In this document: one piece after another, positions 8,010-17,629 of the stretch
Layout of the letters: each line of letters begins with the position of its first letter
How positions within the stretch are numbered: position 1 is the first letter of the stretch
Assembly (NCBI GenBank): GCA_040753835.1
Contig: JBFMDM010000002.1
Span: 1-57,724, forward strand
Direction: 5' to 3'
DNA: 57,724 nucleotides
DNA from: Planctomycetota bacterium
GTDB lineage: Bacteria > Planctomycetota > MHYJ01 > JACQXL01
Program-made: the position numbers and the translations under genes
Notes under the pieces: generated by a model
Told to the model about the DNA's origin: nothing
Databases searched by the model: none
What the model saw: the letters and a program-made list of their open reading frames with translations, nothing else

Positions 8010-10907
8010 ATGCCAAATGAAAAAACCCGTCTGACCGAGTCATCCGGACAGGCCGACTACCAGAAGACGTTGAACCTGCCTGAGACGGATTTCTCAATGA
8101 AGGCGGACCTGACCAAGAAGGAGCCGATAATCCGCGGTCAGTGGGAGAAACTTGACCTCTACCACGAAATCCTGAAGAAGAATCATAGCAAGCCCAAATA
8201 TATTTTACACGACGGGCCACCTTACGCCAACGGCAACGTCCATATCGGCACGGCCCTGAACAAAATCCTCAAGGACATCGTGGTCAAGTTCAAGACAATG
8301 CAGGGTTTTTACTCGCCTTATATCCCGGGCTGGGACTGCCACGGACTGCCCATTGAACATAAGGTCACCAACGAACTCGGGCCCAAGGCCAAAACCGCTT
8401 CCAAGACCGAAATCAGGCAGGCCTGCGAGAAATACGCCCGTAACTATATTGATATCCAGCGCAAACAGTTCCAAGCCCTGGGCGTATTCGGCGACTGGTA
8501 TAATCCGTACCTGACCCTGAATCCCTCTTACGAGGCCGGCATCATTGAGGTCTTCCGTGACCTGGTTAAGAATGGTTATATCTACCGCAAACTCCGGCCC
8601 ATCCACTGGTGTATGCACTGCGAGACCGTGTTGGCCGAGGCCGAGCTGGAATACTCGGACGAGACCGGCCCGTCTATCTATGTCAAATTCCCGCTCACCG
8701 ACGCGCAACAAGAAGAGCTGGCTAAACGAGTTAAAACTCCGCATTCCACACTCCGCACTCCGCACTCGTTTTTTATCTGGACCACCACGCCCTGGACGCT
8801 TCCGGCCAATGTGGCCGTGGCCCTGAACCCGGCATTTGAATACGCTCTGGTCCAGACCGACACAGATATCCTGATTATGGCCTCAGGCCTGGTGGAAAAA
8901 GTCATGGCGCTAATCGGAATAACCGATTACAAGATTCTGGCCAAGGTCAAGGGCTCTGCCCTGGCAGGCCTGCATTATAATCATCCCTTTGTTTCCGCCG
9001 AAGGCGGATCCGCCTCTGGCGGAAAACCACGCATCTGCCAGGTCATCCTGGCCGATTATGTCAGTTTAGAGGACGGCACAGGCATCGTGCACATCGCGCC
9101 CGGGCACGGCGTTGAGGACTACGAAAGCGGACTGAAATACAACCTACCGGTCATCAGCCCGGTGGATAAATCCGGCCGGTTCACGCCGGAGGCCGGCGTA
9201 TTCCCGGGCGAGCGCGTATTCGACGCGGACCCGAAAATCTGCCAGATGCTCGCCGAGCAGAAACTGCTCCTTAAGAAGGTGGACGTGGTCCACTCGTATC
9301 CGCACTGCTGGCGCTGTAAAAAGCCGCTCATTTTCCGGGCCACCGAGCAGTGGTTCATCTCCGTGGACAACCACTCGGCCCGGCAGAAAGCAATAGAGGA
9401 AGTAAAGAAAACGCGCTGGGTGCCCGAATGGGGCAAGAGCCGGACCGCGGCAATGCTTGAATCCCGGCCCGACTGGTGCGTCTCGCGCCAGCGTAACTGG
9501 GGCGTGCCCATCCCCATCTTCTACTGCGCCAAGTGCAACCAGTCGCTCCTGGACGTCAAGGCCATAGACCACGTGCGCGAGATATTTTCTAAAGAAGGCG
9601 CCAATGCCTGGTTCATCAGGCCCACCGCCGAACTGGTTCCCGCGGGCACCAAATGCAAATGCGGCTCAACCGAATTTTCTAAGGAGAACGACATATTTGA
9701 CGTCTGGTTTGAATCCGGCTCGTCATTCCGCTCGGTTGTCATAGAAAACAAGGACCTGCACTTCCCGGCGGACTTATATCTGGAGGGCTCGGACCAGCCG
9801 GCGAGGTGGTTCCAGTTGTCGCTCCTGCCCTCGGTAATGACGCGCGGGGTCGCGCCATTTAAGAACGTCCTGATTCACGGATTCGTCAAGCGTCCCGAAG
9901 GCGAGAAACTCTCCAAGTCCAAGGGCGCGATGACCTCGGACGAGATGGTCAGCAAGGTCGGCGCTGACATCATCCGGCTCTGGATTTCATCCATCAACTT
10001 CACCGAGGACATCCCGATTTCCCTGGAAATCCTGCAGGAAAAGGCCGACCCGTATCGCAAGATTCGCAATACCTTCAGGTATATGCTGGGTAATCTTTAT
10101 GATTTCAACCCGGCCGAGGACGCGGTCAAACACGACAAGATGCCGGAGATAGACCGCTGGGCCCTGAATAAAGTCCAACGTTTGGTGCGCGACCTGACCC
10201 GGTATTACGAGGATTTTGAGTTCTACAAGGTATTCCGCGACTTCTACGAATTCTGCGTGGTGGAAATGAGTTCGTTCTATTTTGACATCCTCAAGGACCG
10301 GCTTTATACGTTCGGCCGGAACTCGCCCGAACGCCGGTCCGCCCAGACCGCCTTGAATGAAATACTCCATACGATGGTAAAACTTATTGCGCCCGTTCTC
10401 TCCTATACAGCCGAGGAAATCTGGGATAATATCATTTTCGCCAATTCCAAATTCGGCAATCGGCAACCCGCGTTCGTGCGCAGCGTCCACCTGCTGGACT
10501 GGCCCAAGGTGGATGAGGCCTGGATTGACAACCGCCTTGAGGAGAACTGGAAGAAGATATTCCTGATTCGCTCCGAGGTAACCAGAGAGATAGAAAACCT
10601 GCGCAAGGAAGGCCAGATCGGCTCGTCTATTGAAGCCGACGCCGTACTCTATACCGAAGGGGCAGACCTGCTGGAATTCCTGAAGATATACGAAAAAGAC
10701 CTTGCCACCATCCTAAAGGTCTCGTCTGTCAGGGTGGTCAGGAAACCGGCCCGGAAACCCGCGGAGCAAATGCAAATGGGCGTGGAGATAACCAAATCGC
10801 CGCACCAGAAATGCGCCCGGTGCTGGAATTATATGGTGGATGTTGGCAGGGACAAGAACCATCCGACCCTCTGCGGACGTTGCGTTACCATCGTCAGCGC
10901 GATGTAA
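8010..10907 (+). CDS. ileS: isoleucine--tRNA ligase
   Basis: 965 aa. HIGH-type motif (PPYANGNVHIGTALN), KMSKS-type motif (KLSKSKG), and a C-terminal Cys4 zinc module (CARCWNY...CGRC). Carries two in-frame repeat insertions (see findings). Confidence 0.95.
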   Translation: MPNEKTRLTESSGQADYQKTLNLPETDFSMKADLTKKEPIIRGQWEKLDLYHEILKKNHSKPKYILHDGPPYANGNVHIGTALNKILKDIVVKFKTMQGFYSPYIPGWDCHGLPIEHKVTNELGPKAKTASKTEIRQACEKYARNYIDIQRKQFQALGVFGDWYNPYLTLNPSYEAGIIEVFRDLVKNGYIYRKLRPIHWCMHCETVLAEAELEYSDETGPSIYVKFPLTDAQQEELAKRVKTPHSTLRTPHSFFIWTTTPWTLPANVAVALNPAFEYALVQTDTDILIMASGLVEKVMALIGITDYKILAKVKGSALAGLHYNHPFVSAEGGSASGGKPRICQVILADYVSLEDGTGIVHIAPGHGVEDYESGLKYNLPVISPVDKSGRFTPEAGVFPGERVFDADPKICQMLAEQKLLLKKVDVVHSYPHCWRCKKPLIFRATEQWFISVDNHSARQKAIEEVKKTRWVPEWGKSRTAAMLESRPDWCVSRQRNWGVPIPIFYCAKCNQSLLDVKAIDHVREIFSKEGANAWFIRPTAELVPAGTKCKCGSTEFSKENDIFDVWFESGSSFRSVVIENKDLHFPADLYLEGSDQPARWFQLSLLPSVMTRGVAPFKNVLIHGFVKRPEGEKLSKSKGAMTSDEMVSKVGADIIRLWISSINFTEDIPISLEILQEKADPYRKIRNTFRYMLGNLYDFNPAEDAVKHDKMPEIDRWALNKVQRLVRDLTRYYEDFEFYKVFRDFYEFCVVEMSSFYFDILKDRLYTFGRNSPERRSAQTALNEILHTMVKLIAPVLSYTAEEIWDNIIFANSKFGNRQPAFVRSVHLLDWPKVDEAWIDNRLEENWKKIFLIRSEVTREIENLRKEGQIGSSIEADAVLYTEGADLLEFLKIYEKDLATILKVSSVRVVRKPARKPAEQMQMGVEITKSPHQKCARCWNYMVDVGRDKNHPTLCGRCVTIVSAM

Positions 10908-10992
10908 ACCACAGATTCCACAGATTTCGCCGATTAAGGGAACGCAAGCATAATTTTCCCGACTATCGTCGGGAGCGTCAAAGGAGAATATT

Positions 10993-11286
10993 ATGCCAGA
11001 AGAAAACACGGTTCCGCAAGCGCTCCAAGGCACGGGCGACGACGGCTTGGTTATTGCCTCGCTGGTCCTGGGCATTATCGGACTGATTGCCTGGTGTCTG
11101 CCTATCTTTGGCCTGCCGGTCACGATTACCGGGCTGGTGCTCGGGATAAAAGGCCTCAATTCTTCCAAGCGTGGGATGGCAATTGCCGGCATCGTTATGA
11201 GTTCGCTTGGGCTGTTATTCTCGCTGGCCAATGCGGCCTGGGGCGCCTATCTGGGCGCGACCGGCCAGCATCCGCTCTTCCGGTAG
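10993..11286 (+). CDS. small DUF4190-like membrane protein
   Basis: 97 aa with two hydrophobic helices and the GxxxG-rich pattern LVLGIIGLIAWCLPIFGLPVTITGLVLGIKGL...GMAIAGIVMSSLG. Confidence 0.6.
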   Translation: MPEENTVPQALQGTGDDGLVIASLVLGIIGLIAWCLPIFGLPVTITGLVLGIKGLNSSKRGMAIAGIVMSSLGLLFSLANAAWGAYLGATGQHPLFR

Positions 11287-11517
11287 AAGATGTCCATCGT
11301 TCCGAAAATCTAGAATGGCGAGGGATATCCAAGCACCGTTCTTAAGCATAAACACTCGCATATAACTAATGCCTTTGCTATCCATCCGGACACACCAAGT
11401 GAATTGTAGTTTACATACTTTAAGTAGTGAAATAATTATTATGTGCCTGGTAAAAATAAATTGCTTGACTTCCCATCCGCCCTTGTTTACCATACTTTGT
11501 AATCATAAGGAAACGCT

Positions 11518-12678
11518 ATGCTGAAGCGCCTACAGGAAGAGATGACTGAATTAAACCGCGAAGGGTTGTTGCGCAAGCCGCGGGTGATTTCCGATATTGA
11601 CGGCGTGCGGGTGAAAATAGAAGGTCGGTGGTACGTTTCGTTCTGCTCCAACGACTACCTGGGCTTGGCCCAGCATCCGGCCCTGAAGCAAGCGATGATT
11701 AAGGCAACTAAAGAGTTCGGGGCCGGGGCCGGCGCGGCACGGCTATTGTCCGGCACAACCACCCTGCACCATCAATTAGAGCGGGAGATTGCCCGGTTCA
11801 AGCAAGCGGATGACGCCCTGCTGTTCACCTCTGGCTATGCGGCCAATTTAGGCGTGATTACCACGTTGGTCAAGAAAGATGATATTATCTTCTGCGATGA
11901 ACTCAACCACGCCTCGCTGGTGGACGCCGCGCGGCTTACTAAAACGCAGTTGCATATCTATCGCCATTGTGACGCCGCTCACCTGGAATCGCTCCTGCGA
12001 AAATCCAAAATCCAAAGTCCAAAATCCAAAATCTATATTATTACGGATGCGATTTTCAGCATGGATGGTGACGGGGCGCCATTAAAGGAAATTGTCCGGC
12101 TGGCCGGGAAATACAAAGCATATACGATTGTGGACGAGGCGCACGGCACAGGCGTATTCGCCAAGAACGGCCGCGGCTGGTGCGAGGCGCAAGGGCTGGG
12201 GAAGAAAGTAAACGTCATCATCGGCACGGCCAGTAAGGCCCTAGGCTCGCTGGGCGGATTCGTTTCGGGTAAGCAGGTATTGATAGATTATATCCGAAAC
12301 AAGTCCCGGCCTTTTATATTCACAACCGCCCTGCCTGCGGGCACGTGCGCCGCGACTATTGCGGCGTTAAAGGTTCTCGGGTCAGAGCCGGGCTTGCGTA
12401 AACGGCTTTGGGATAATACGGATTATATGAAACGCCGGCTGGAGCAAATGGGATACGGCCTTAGAAACTCGGTCTCGCCCATTATTCCGATATTAATCGG
12501 GGACACTAAAAAGACCGTGGCAATCTCTGAGGCGCTCTGGAAAAAGGGGCTGTACGTTCCGGCCATCCGGCCGCCCACCGTGCCTGAAGGCCAGAGCCGC
12601 CTGCGCATCACGGTCACGGCAATGCATACCGGGAAACAGATGGATGGGCTTCTGGAAGAATTGCGTAAGCAACTATAG
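11518..12678 (+). CDS. bioF: 8-amino-7-oxononanoate synthase-like PLP-dependent acyltransferase (BioF/Kbl family)
   Basis: 386 aa. Motifs: SNDYLGL, DELNHASLVD, FSMDGD, VDEAHGTGV, GTASKALGSLGG (PLP lysine). BioF versus Kbl cannot be settled by eye. Confidence 0.8.
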   Translation: MLKRLQEEMTELNREGLLRKPRVISDIDGVRVKIEGRWYVSFCSNDYLGLAQHPALKQAMIKATKEFGAGAGAARLLSGTTTLHHQLEREIARFKQADDALLFTSGYAANLGVITTLVKKDDIIFCDELNHASLVDAARLTKTQLHIYRHCDAAHLESLLRKSKIQSPKSKIYIITDAIFSMDGDGAPLKEIVRLAGKYKAYTIVDEAHGTGVFAKNGRGWCEAQGLGKKVNVIIGTASKALGSLGGFVSGKQVLIDYIRNKSRPFIFTTALPAGTCAATIAALKVLGSEPGLRKRLWDNTDYMKRRLEQMGYGLRNSVSPIIPILIGDTKKTVAISEALWKKGLYVPAIRPPTVPEGQSRLRITVTAMHTGKQMDGLLEELRKQL

Positions 12679-12747
12679 CCGACCGGATAAGAAAAGGGCG
12701 CCCCGCCCTGATTGGAGCGAGACGCCCCGTATAAATCGAAACCGTGT

Positions 12748-13713
12748 TTATTTCACCGCATTGAATCCGACGACCTCCAGGACGCATTTGCCCGCCATTT
12801 CCTTGCGGACTTCGCCGCCCGGAACCTCATCGCTGGTCCATTCCTTAACCACAGTTCCCGCGCCTTTCATCGTATAGGCCTTTTCCAGGTAGGTGCAATT
12901 GACCTTTTTGCCTGCGACCTCTAGGGTTGTTTTGGCGCCCTGGTCCTTAGGAACGAGCACCGGTTGCAGAGATACCTCCTGGGTGGTTTTCTTTTCCCAC
13001 TTCTCTCCCTCCAGTTGGGAAATCTCTATGGTGGCCTTTTCCTTGGTTACGTCCACCACGGTGTATTTCTGCTGGAGTTCCTTTTGATCCTCGGGGTTGA
13101 GAATTTTGTATTGTACCCAGGAACCCTTGCCGAAATTGGCCCAGGGGTTTTTAAGTTCGGTCACCTCTGCCAGCGCCGGCGCCTTGCTTTCCAGTCCGAA
13201 GTCAACCGCCTGCCAGACAACCTTGCCGCCCATCTCCCGTTGACACAGGCCGCCCGGAATATCATCGCACATCCAGGCCTTCATTATAGTGGAGACATCG
13301 TTCATCTTGTAGGTCATGTCTGCTACTTTGCAAGTGACTTCCTTGCCGCCGACCTTCATTTTTTCGGTGGTGCTGGGCTTGTCGCCCGGTTTGGCCAGAG
13401 GGAAAAGAGAGACCTTTTCCATCCCGACTTTCTCCCACTTGTCGCCCGCCTTTACAGCCGTGACAATCACCGCCTCGCCCCGCGCTATCTGATGGATGGA
13501 TTGCCTGAATTCGCTGGCGTTACCGTCCATCGGGCTGACAACCTTGTATTGGACCCAAGCGCCCTCGTTAAATCCGGCCCAGGGCGCCTTTACCTGGTTC
13601 GCTCCCGGAGCCAGTGATATTTCACCCGGCATCTTCGGAGCCGACGAGCAACCGACAACCAGCATCAGAATTAATATGCTGACTATAAGGATGCTGTTCT
13701 TCATTATTCTCAC
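12748..13713 (-). CDS. lipoprotein of unknown function with internal duplication
   Basis: 321 aa. Signal peptide plus lipobox (LMLVVGCSS). Two homologous halves of about 150 aa (PWAGFNEGAWVQYKVVSP... and PWANFGKGSWVQYKILNP...), each ending in a W.SD/CDDIPGG motif. Confidence 0.7.
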   Translation of the reverse strand: MRIMKNSILIVSILILMLVVGCSSAPKMPGEISLAPGANQVKAPWAGFNEGAWVQYKVVSPMDGNASEFRQSIHQIARGEAVIVTAVKAGDKWEKVGMEKVSLFPLAKPGDKPSTTEKMKVGGKEVTCKVADMTYKMNDVSTIMKAWMCDDIPGGLCQREMGGKVVWQAVDFGLESKAPALAEVTELKNPWANFGKGSWVQYKILNPEDQKELQQKYTVVDVTKEKATIEISQLEGEKWEKKTTQEVSLQPVLVPKDQGAKTTLEVAGKKVNCTYLEKAYTMKGAGTVVKEWTSDEVPGGEVRKEMAGKCVLEVVGFNAVK

Positions 13714-13856
13714 CCCCTTTCTAACAAAATGATATTATGGTTTAATTTGACGTTTTATCAAGTATTTATGGAAAAATTATTGACCCGGCGCATAATGTTT
13801 GTTTACATTATGCCTGATTTATCAAAGCGCAATATTTAGCAAAGCGAGGTGCTTAT

Positions 13857-14354
13857 ATGCCGAAGATTAAAACCAACAAGCGCAAGGAATTACGGTTTGC
13901 CATCCAGGACGGCAAGGCGCAGATGGAAAGCGCGGGCGGAATTTTCGCCTTTTTAACCGGCGCTCCTTCGGCCTTACCTATCGTCAATCTGAGCACTACG
14001 GGCCTGCGGCTGTTGTCCAAGAAAAAGATGGCGGTGGGCGACAATCTATCGCTTAATATAATGATACCGCTGTTGGGCGCCAAGCCGATGAAACTGGCGG
14101 GCCAGGTGGCCTGGGTCAAGACCTTTGCCATATTTGATGAGTATATGGTCGGGGTCAGGTTTACGGATATCAGGGGCGATGTAAAAAAGCGCCTACAGAA
14201 CCTGGCCGATTTTCTGGGCACGCGCATTAAGCCGGACCGCAAGATTGTAGTCAGGGAAATCAAAAAGCGCGCCAAGTCCTGCGTGGTCTGCCAGTTTGCG
14301 GACAAGCACAGTTCGCCGGCCCTGAAGATAACGCCCGGCCTGTCCGGGCTATAA
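13857..14354 (+). CDS. PilZ-domain-like protein
   Basis: 165 aa. N-terminal basic KRKELRF followed by NLSTTGLRL and GQVAWVK...VGVRFTDI, the pattern of c-di-GMP-binding PilZ barrels. Confidence 0.55.
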   Translation: MPKIKTNKRKELRFAIQDGKAQMESAGGIFAFLTGAPSALPIVNLSTTGLRLLSKKKMAVGDNLSLNIMIPLLGAKPMKLAGQVAWVKTFAIFDEYMVGVRFTDIRGDVKKRLQNLADFLGTRIKPDRKIVVREIKKRAKSCVVCQFADKHSSPALKITPGLSGL

Positions 14355-14361
14355 TCGAAAC

Positions 14362-14958
14362 TTATCGGGCCGTGCAATATTCAAGCAGGTCGATTCCCAG
14401 ATTTCCAAACAGCCGGTGCAATTCCATCATCGGCAAGCCGAGGACGTTGTAAAACGAGCCCCGGACATTATCAAAGATGAACGAGCCGGGGCCTTCTATG
14501 GAAAACCCGCCGGCCTTGTCAAACGGTCCGGCCACCATTAGGAATTTCCCTGCCATTTTAGGGGTTATCTTTTTCACCCTCACCTTTGAGACAGTCGTTG
14601 CGCACGCGGATTTTTGGGTCAGGGCATCAATCACGCAAAGCCCTGTGTAGACGCGGATGGTTTTGCCCGAGAACTCCCTGAACAGGCGTTTTGCCTCGGC
14701 GCGATTGCGGGGCTTTCCGATGAGGTTCCGGCCGGACAGCACTACCGTATCGGCGCCGATGACGAAGCCGCGCTTAAACCGGCGCGCCACCACCCCGGCC
14801 TTGATACGGGCGTTGAACAAGACGTTATGCGCCGGGCCTTTGCCGGCGTTCATTATCTCCTCTGCATTGCTGGGCGCGACCTTGTGGGCGATGCCGCATT
14901 CCGAGAGTATCTGCGAGCGCCGGGGCGATGCCGAGGCCAGTATAATCAAGGGTTTCAT
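14362..14958 (-). CDS. maf: Maf-family nucleoside triphosphate pyrophosphatase
   Basis: 198 aa. Motifs: LILASASPRRSQIL, GADTVV, GKP. Confidence 0.85.
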   Translation of the reverse strand: MKPLIILASASPRRSQILSECGIAHKVAPSNAEEIMNAGKGPAHNVLFNARIKAGVVARRFKRGFVIGADTVVLSGRNLIGKPRNRAEAKRLFREFSGKTIRVYTGLCVIDALTQKSACATTVSKVRVKKITPKMAGKFLMVAGPFDKAGGFSIEGPGSFIFDNVRGSFYNVLGLPMMELHRLFGNLGIDLLEYCTAR

Positions 14959-15072
14959 AGCCGGCTTTTTACTTAGTTATTATGCGCCAGTATATCATCG
15001 TTTTTATGCAGGGCAAGAAAAGTTTGTTATTCCTTCACTCTTCAGGAGGTTTATGCCATAATAAACGCGCTT

Positions 15073-16107
15073 ATGAATTTTCGCAACCGTATTGTCCTGA
15101 GTGTTTTCCTGCTGTTCTTTATCCTGGTTTTCGGCACGGCCGGATACTGGATTATCGGGCGGTCGCAGGGAAGCGAGCCGTCCGGGCAACTGTTCCTGGA
15201 TTCGGTATATATGACCGTGATTACCGCGGCCACGGTCGGCTACGGCGAGATAATGGACCTGTCGCATAACCCAGCCGGGCGAATATTCACCATTATATTC
15301 ATTATCCTTTCGTTGGGCGTAATTGCGGCCGTAACTTCCATTCTGGCCGCATCCATATTAGAAATAGAATTAAGCGGATTTTTAAGGAGGCGAAAGATGG
15401 ATAAAGAAGTCGGCAAGCTCAACAATCATTACATTATCTGCGGCGCTGGAGAAACCGGAATCCATATCATCCGGGAACTGGCTAAAACGATGAAGCCGTT
15501 TGTGGTGGTGGAGCGCAGCCAGGAACGGCTGGACAAACTCGCGGCAACCATACCGAATATGATTTACCTGACGGGCGATGCGACCGATGACGAGGTGTTA
15601 TTGGCCGCCGGGGTGGAGCGGGCCCAGGGGGTCTTTGCGGTCCTGCCCTCGGACAAGGATAATCTCTACATTACGGTAATGACCAGGCAGTATAACAAGA
15701 ATGCCCGGATTGTAGCCCTGGGCATAGAGGATAAAGCGGTGAACAAACTCAAGACGGCCGGAGCGGACAGCGTGATTTCCACCTCGGTCATCGGAGGACT
15801 CAGGATCGCCTCGGAGATGATACGCCCCTCGGCTGTTAAGTTTCTGGATACAATGCTAAGGCAGACCTCGGGCACTTATCGGATAGAAGAAATGGCTATT
15901 AATGCCGGCTCGCCCGTCATAAACAAGCGGGTGGCTGACATTCCTCTTAAGGACCGCTTCGGGCTTTTGGTGCTGGCCATCATTTCTGATGGCGATAACA
16001 TGCTTTACAACCCGCCGGCTGATGCTGTTATAAAAGAGAATTCCATCGTTGTGGTAATGGGCGAGGTCCAGAACATCCAAAAGGCCGGGGAATATATTAC
16101 ACGGTGA
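15073..16107 (+). CDS. potassium channel with RCK (TrkA-N/TrkA-C) domains
   Basis: 344 aa. Two TM helices flank the selectivity filter TVGYGE. Rossmann motif IICGAGETGIHIIREL, then a C-terminal TrkA-C-like segment. Confidence 0.85.
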   Translation: MNFRNRIVLSVFLLFFILVFGTAGYWIIGRSQGSEPSGQLFLDSVYMTVITAATVGYGEIMDLSHNPAGRIFTIIFIILSLGVIAAVTSILAASILEIELSGFLRRRKMDKEVGKLNNHYIICGAGETGIHIIRELAKTMKPFVVVERSQERLDKLAATIPNMIYLTGDATDDEVLLAAGVERAQGVFAVLPSDKDNLYITVMTRQYNKNARIVALGIEDKAVNKLKTAGADSVISTSVIGGLRIASEMIRPSAVKFLDTMLRQTSGTYRIEEMAINAGSPVINKRVADIPLKDRFGLLVLAIISDGDNMLYNPPADAVIKENSIVVVMGEVQNIQKAGEYITR

Positions 16108-16113
16108 TTTTAC

Positions 16114-16143
16114 TTGCCCCGCGCCTGCTTTGTAATATATAAT
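16114..16143 (+). promoter_or_regulatory. candidate sigma70-type promoter upstream of dnaA
   Basis: TTGCCC (16114-16119), 18-nt spacer, TATAAT (16138-16143), about 100 nt upstream of the dnaA ATG. Confidence 0.3.
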
Positions 16144-16240
16144 GCTTTCAGCCATAAGGCGCCGACAACCCGACTGATTATTATTTTATGCGGGCTTTCT
16201 ACAAGGCAGGTACGGGGCTTGCCGGATTAAGAGGCGATAA

Positions 16241-17629
16241 ATGCCGTTTAATAACGAATTAAAACAGCGTGTCCTGGAAAAACTCAAGCCCTCTATGGAT
16301 AATATCTGGCTGAAGGAGCTTAATTTCATAGAGGAGCCGGAAGGCACGCTGAAGGTGCCGCTACCCAACGTTTTCTACGTGGATTATTACAGGAAGAATT
16401 TCCTTTCCCTTATAGAGCAGACCGTATCGGAGGTGGCCGGCCGCGGTTACAATATAACCCTTATTGCCCCGCCCGAGCAGGGACGGCTGTTCACGGATAT
16501 TCTTGTGACCAAAGATATGGGGCGCCGCCCGGCTAAGGATGGCAGAGAGCCGCCCGTTACTCCATCCGCCAATAAACCGGCCGGCAAGAACGATTTTACC
16601 CTGAATGAAAATTACACCTTTGACAGATTTGTGGTGGGCCTGTGCAACCGGATGGCGCATGCGGCGGCCCAAGCCGTGGCAACCAATCCCGGCAAGGCCT
16701 ATAATCCTTTGTTCATCCACGGCGGCGTGGGACTGGGCAAGACGCATCTCCTGCAGGCCGTCTGCCATCAGGTCCTCGCCCAGCGTCCTGACTGTTCCAT
16801 TTACTACCGTTCCGGCGAGGGATTTGTCAACGACTATATCATGGCCGTAAAGAACAACGCCTTTGAGAAATTCCGCCAGTCCTGCCGCTCCAAGGATATG
16901 ATGATAATAGACGACATCCATTTTCTCGGCGCCGGGGAAAAAGCGGCCAGCCAGGAGGAATTCTTTCATACCTTTAATGCCCTGCATAACAACCAGAAGC
17001 AGATTATTCTTTCCAGCGATTCGCCGCCCAAGGAGATACCGCTTCTGCAGGACCGGCTGGTTTCCCGTTTTAACTGGGGAATGGTGGCCCGCTTGGAGAC
17101 GCCCGACTTTGAGACGAGGGCGGCAATCCTAAGGAAGAAAGCCGAGGGTTATAAAATAGAACTGCCTGAGGACGTGGTGAATTTCATCGCCGAGGTTATT
17201 AACACGAATATCCGCGACCTGGAGGGCGCCCTAATCCGGGTCATCGGCCTGTCCCGCAGTTCCGGCCAAAACCCCACGGTTGCCCTGGCAACCGAGGCAT
17301 TAAAGGATGTTGTGGGCGCATCTTCGCGCCGAATAAAGGTGGCAAACATTATTGATATTATTGCCGGCTATTTTAACCTCTCGGCCGCGGACCTGCAGTC
17401 CAAGACGCGTCTGAAGTCCGTATCCCTGGCCCGGCAAATCGGGTTTTACCTGACCCGCCAGTTAAAACCGGACATGTCCCTTGAAGAAATCGGCGCGGCT
17501 TTCGGGGGACGGGAGCATTCCACGGTCCTGCTGGCCATAGAAAAAATCCGCAAACGCCTCCAAAAGGACGCCCAGTTCAGGGAAACCGTTAATCTCCTTA
17601 CCTCTGAAGTCAGGAAGAAATCGGTTTAG
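16241..17629 (+). CDS. dnaA: chromosomal replication initiator protein DnaA
   Basis: 462 aa. AAA+ Walker A (GGVGLGKTHLLQAV), DDIHFL box, and a C-terminal DNA-binding signature (SLEEIGAAFGGREHSTVLLAIEKI). Confidence 0.95.
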   Translation: MPFNNELKQRVLEKLKPSMDNIWLKELNFIEEPEGTLKVPLPNVFYVDYYRKNFLSLIEQTVSEVAGRGYNITLIAPPEQGRLFTDILVTKDMGRRPAKDGREPPVTPSANKPAGKNDFTLNENYTFDRFVVGLCNRMAHAAAQAVATNPGKAYNPLFIHGGVGLGKTHLLQAVCHQVLAQRPDCSIYYRSGEGFVNDYIMAVKNNAFEKFRQSCRSKDMMIIDDIHFLGAGEKAASQEEFFHTFNALHNNQKQIILSSDSPPKEIPLLQDRLVSRFNWGMVARLETPDFETRAAILRKKAEGYKIELPEDVVNFIAEVINTNIRDLEGALIRVIGLSRSSGQNPTVALATEALKDVVGASSRRIKVANIIDIIAGYFNLSAADLQSKTRLKSVSLARQIGFYLTRQLKPDMSLEEIGAAFGGREHSTVLLAIEKIRKRLQKDAQFRETVNLLTSEVRKKSV

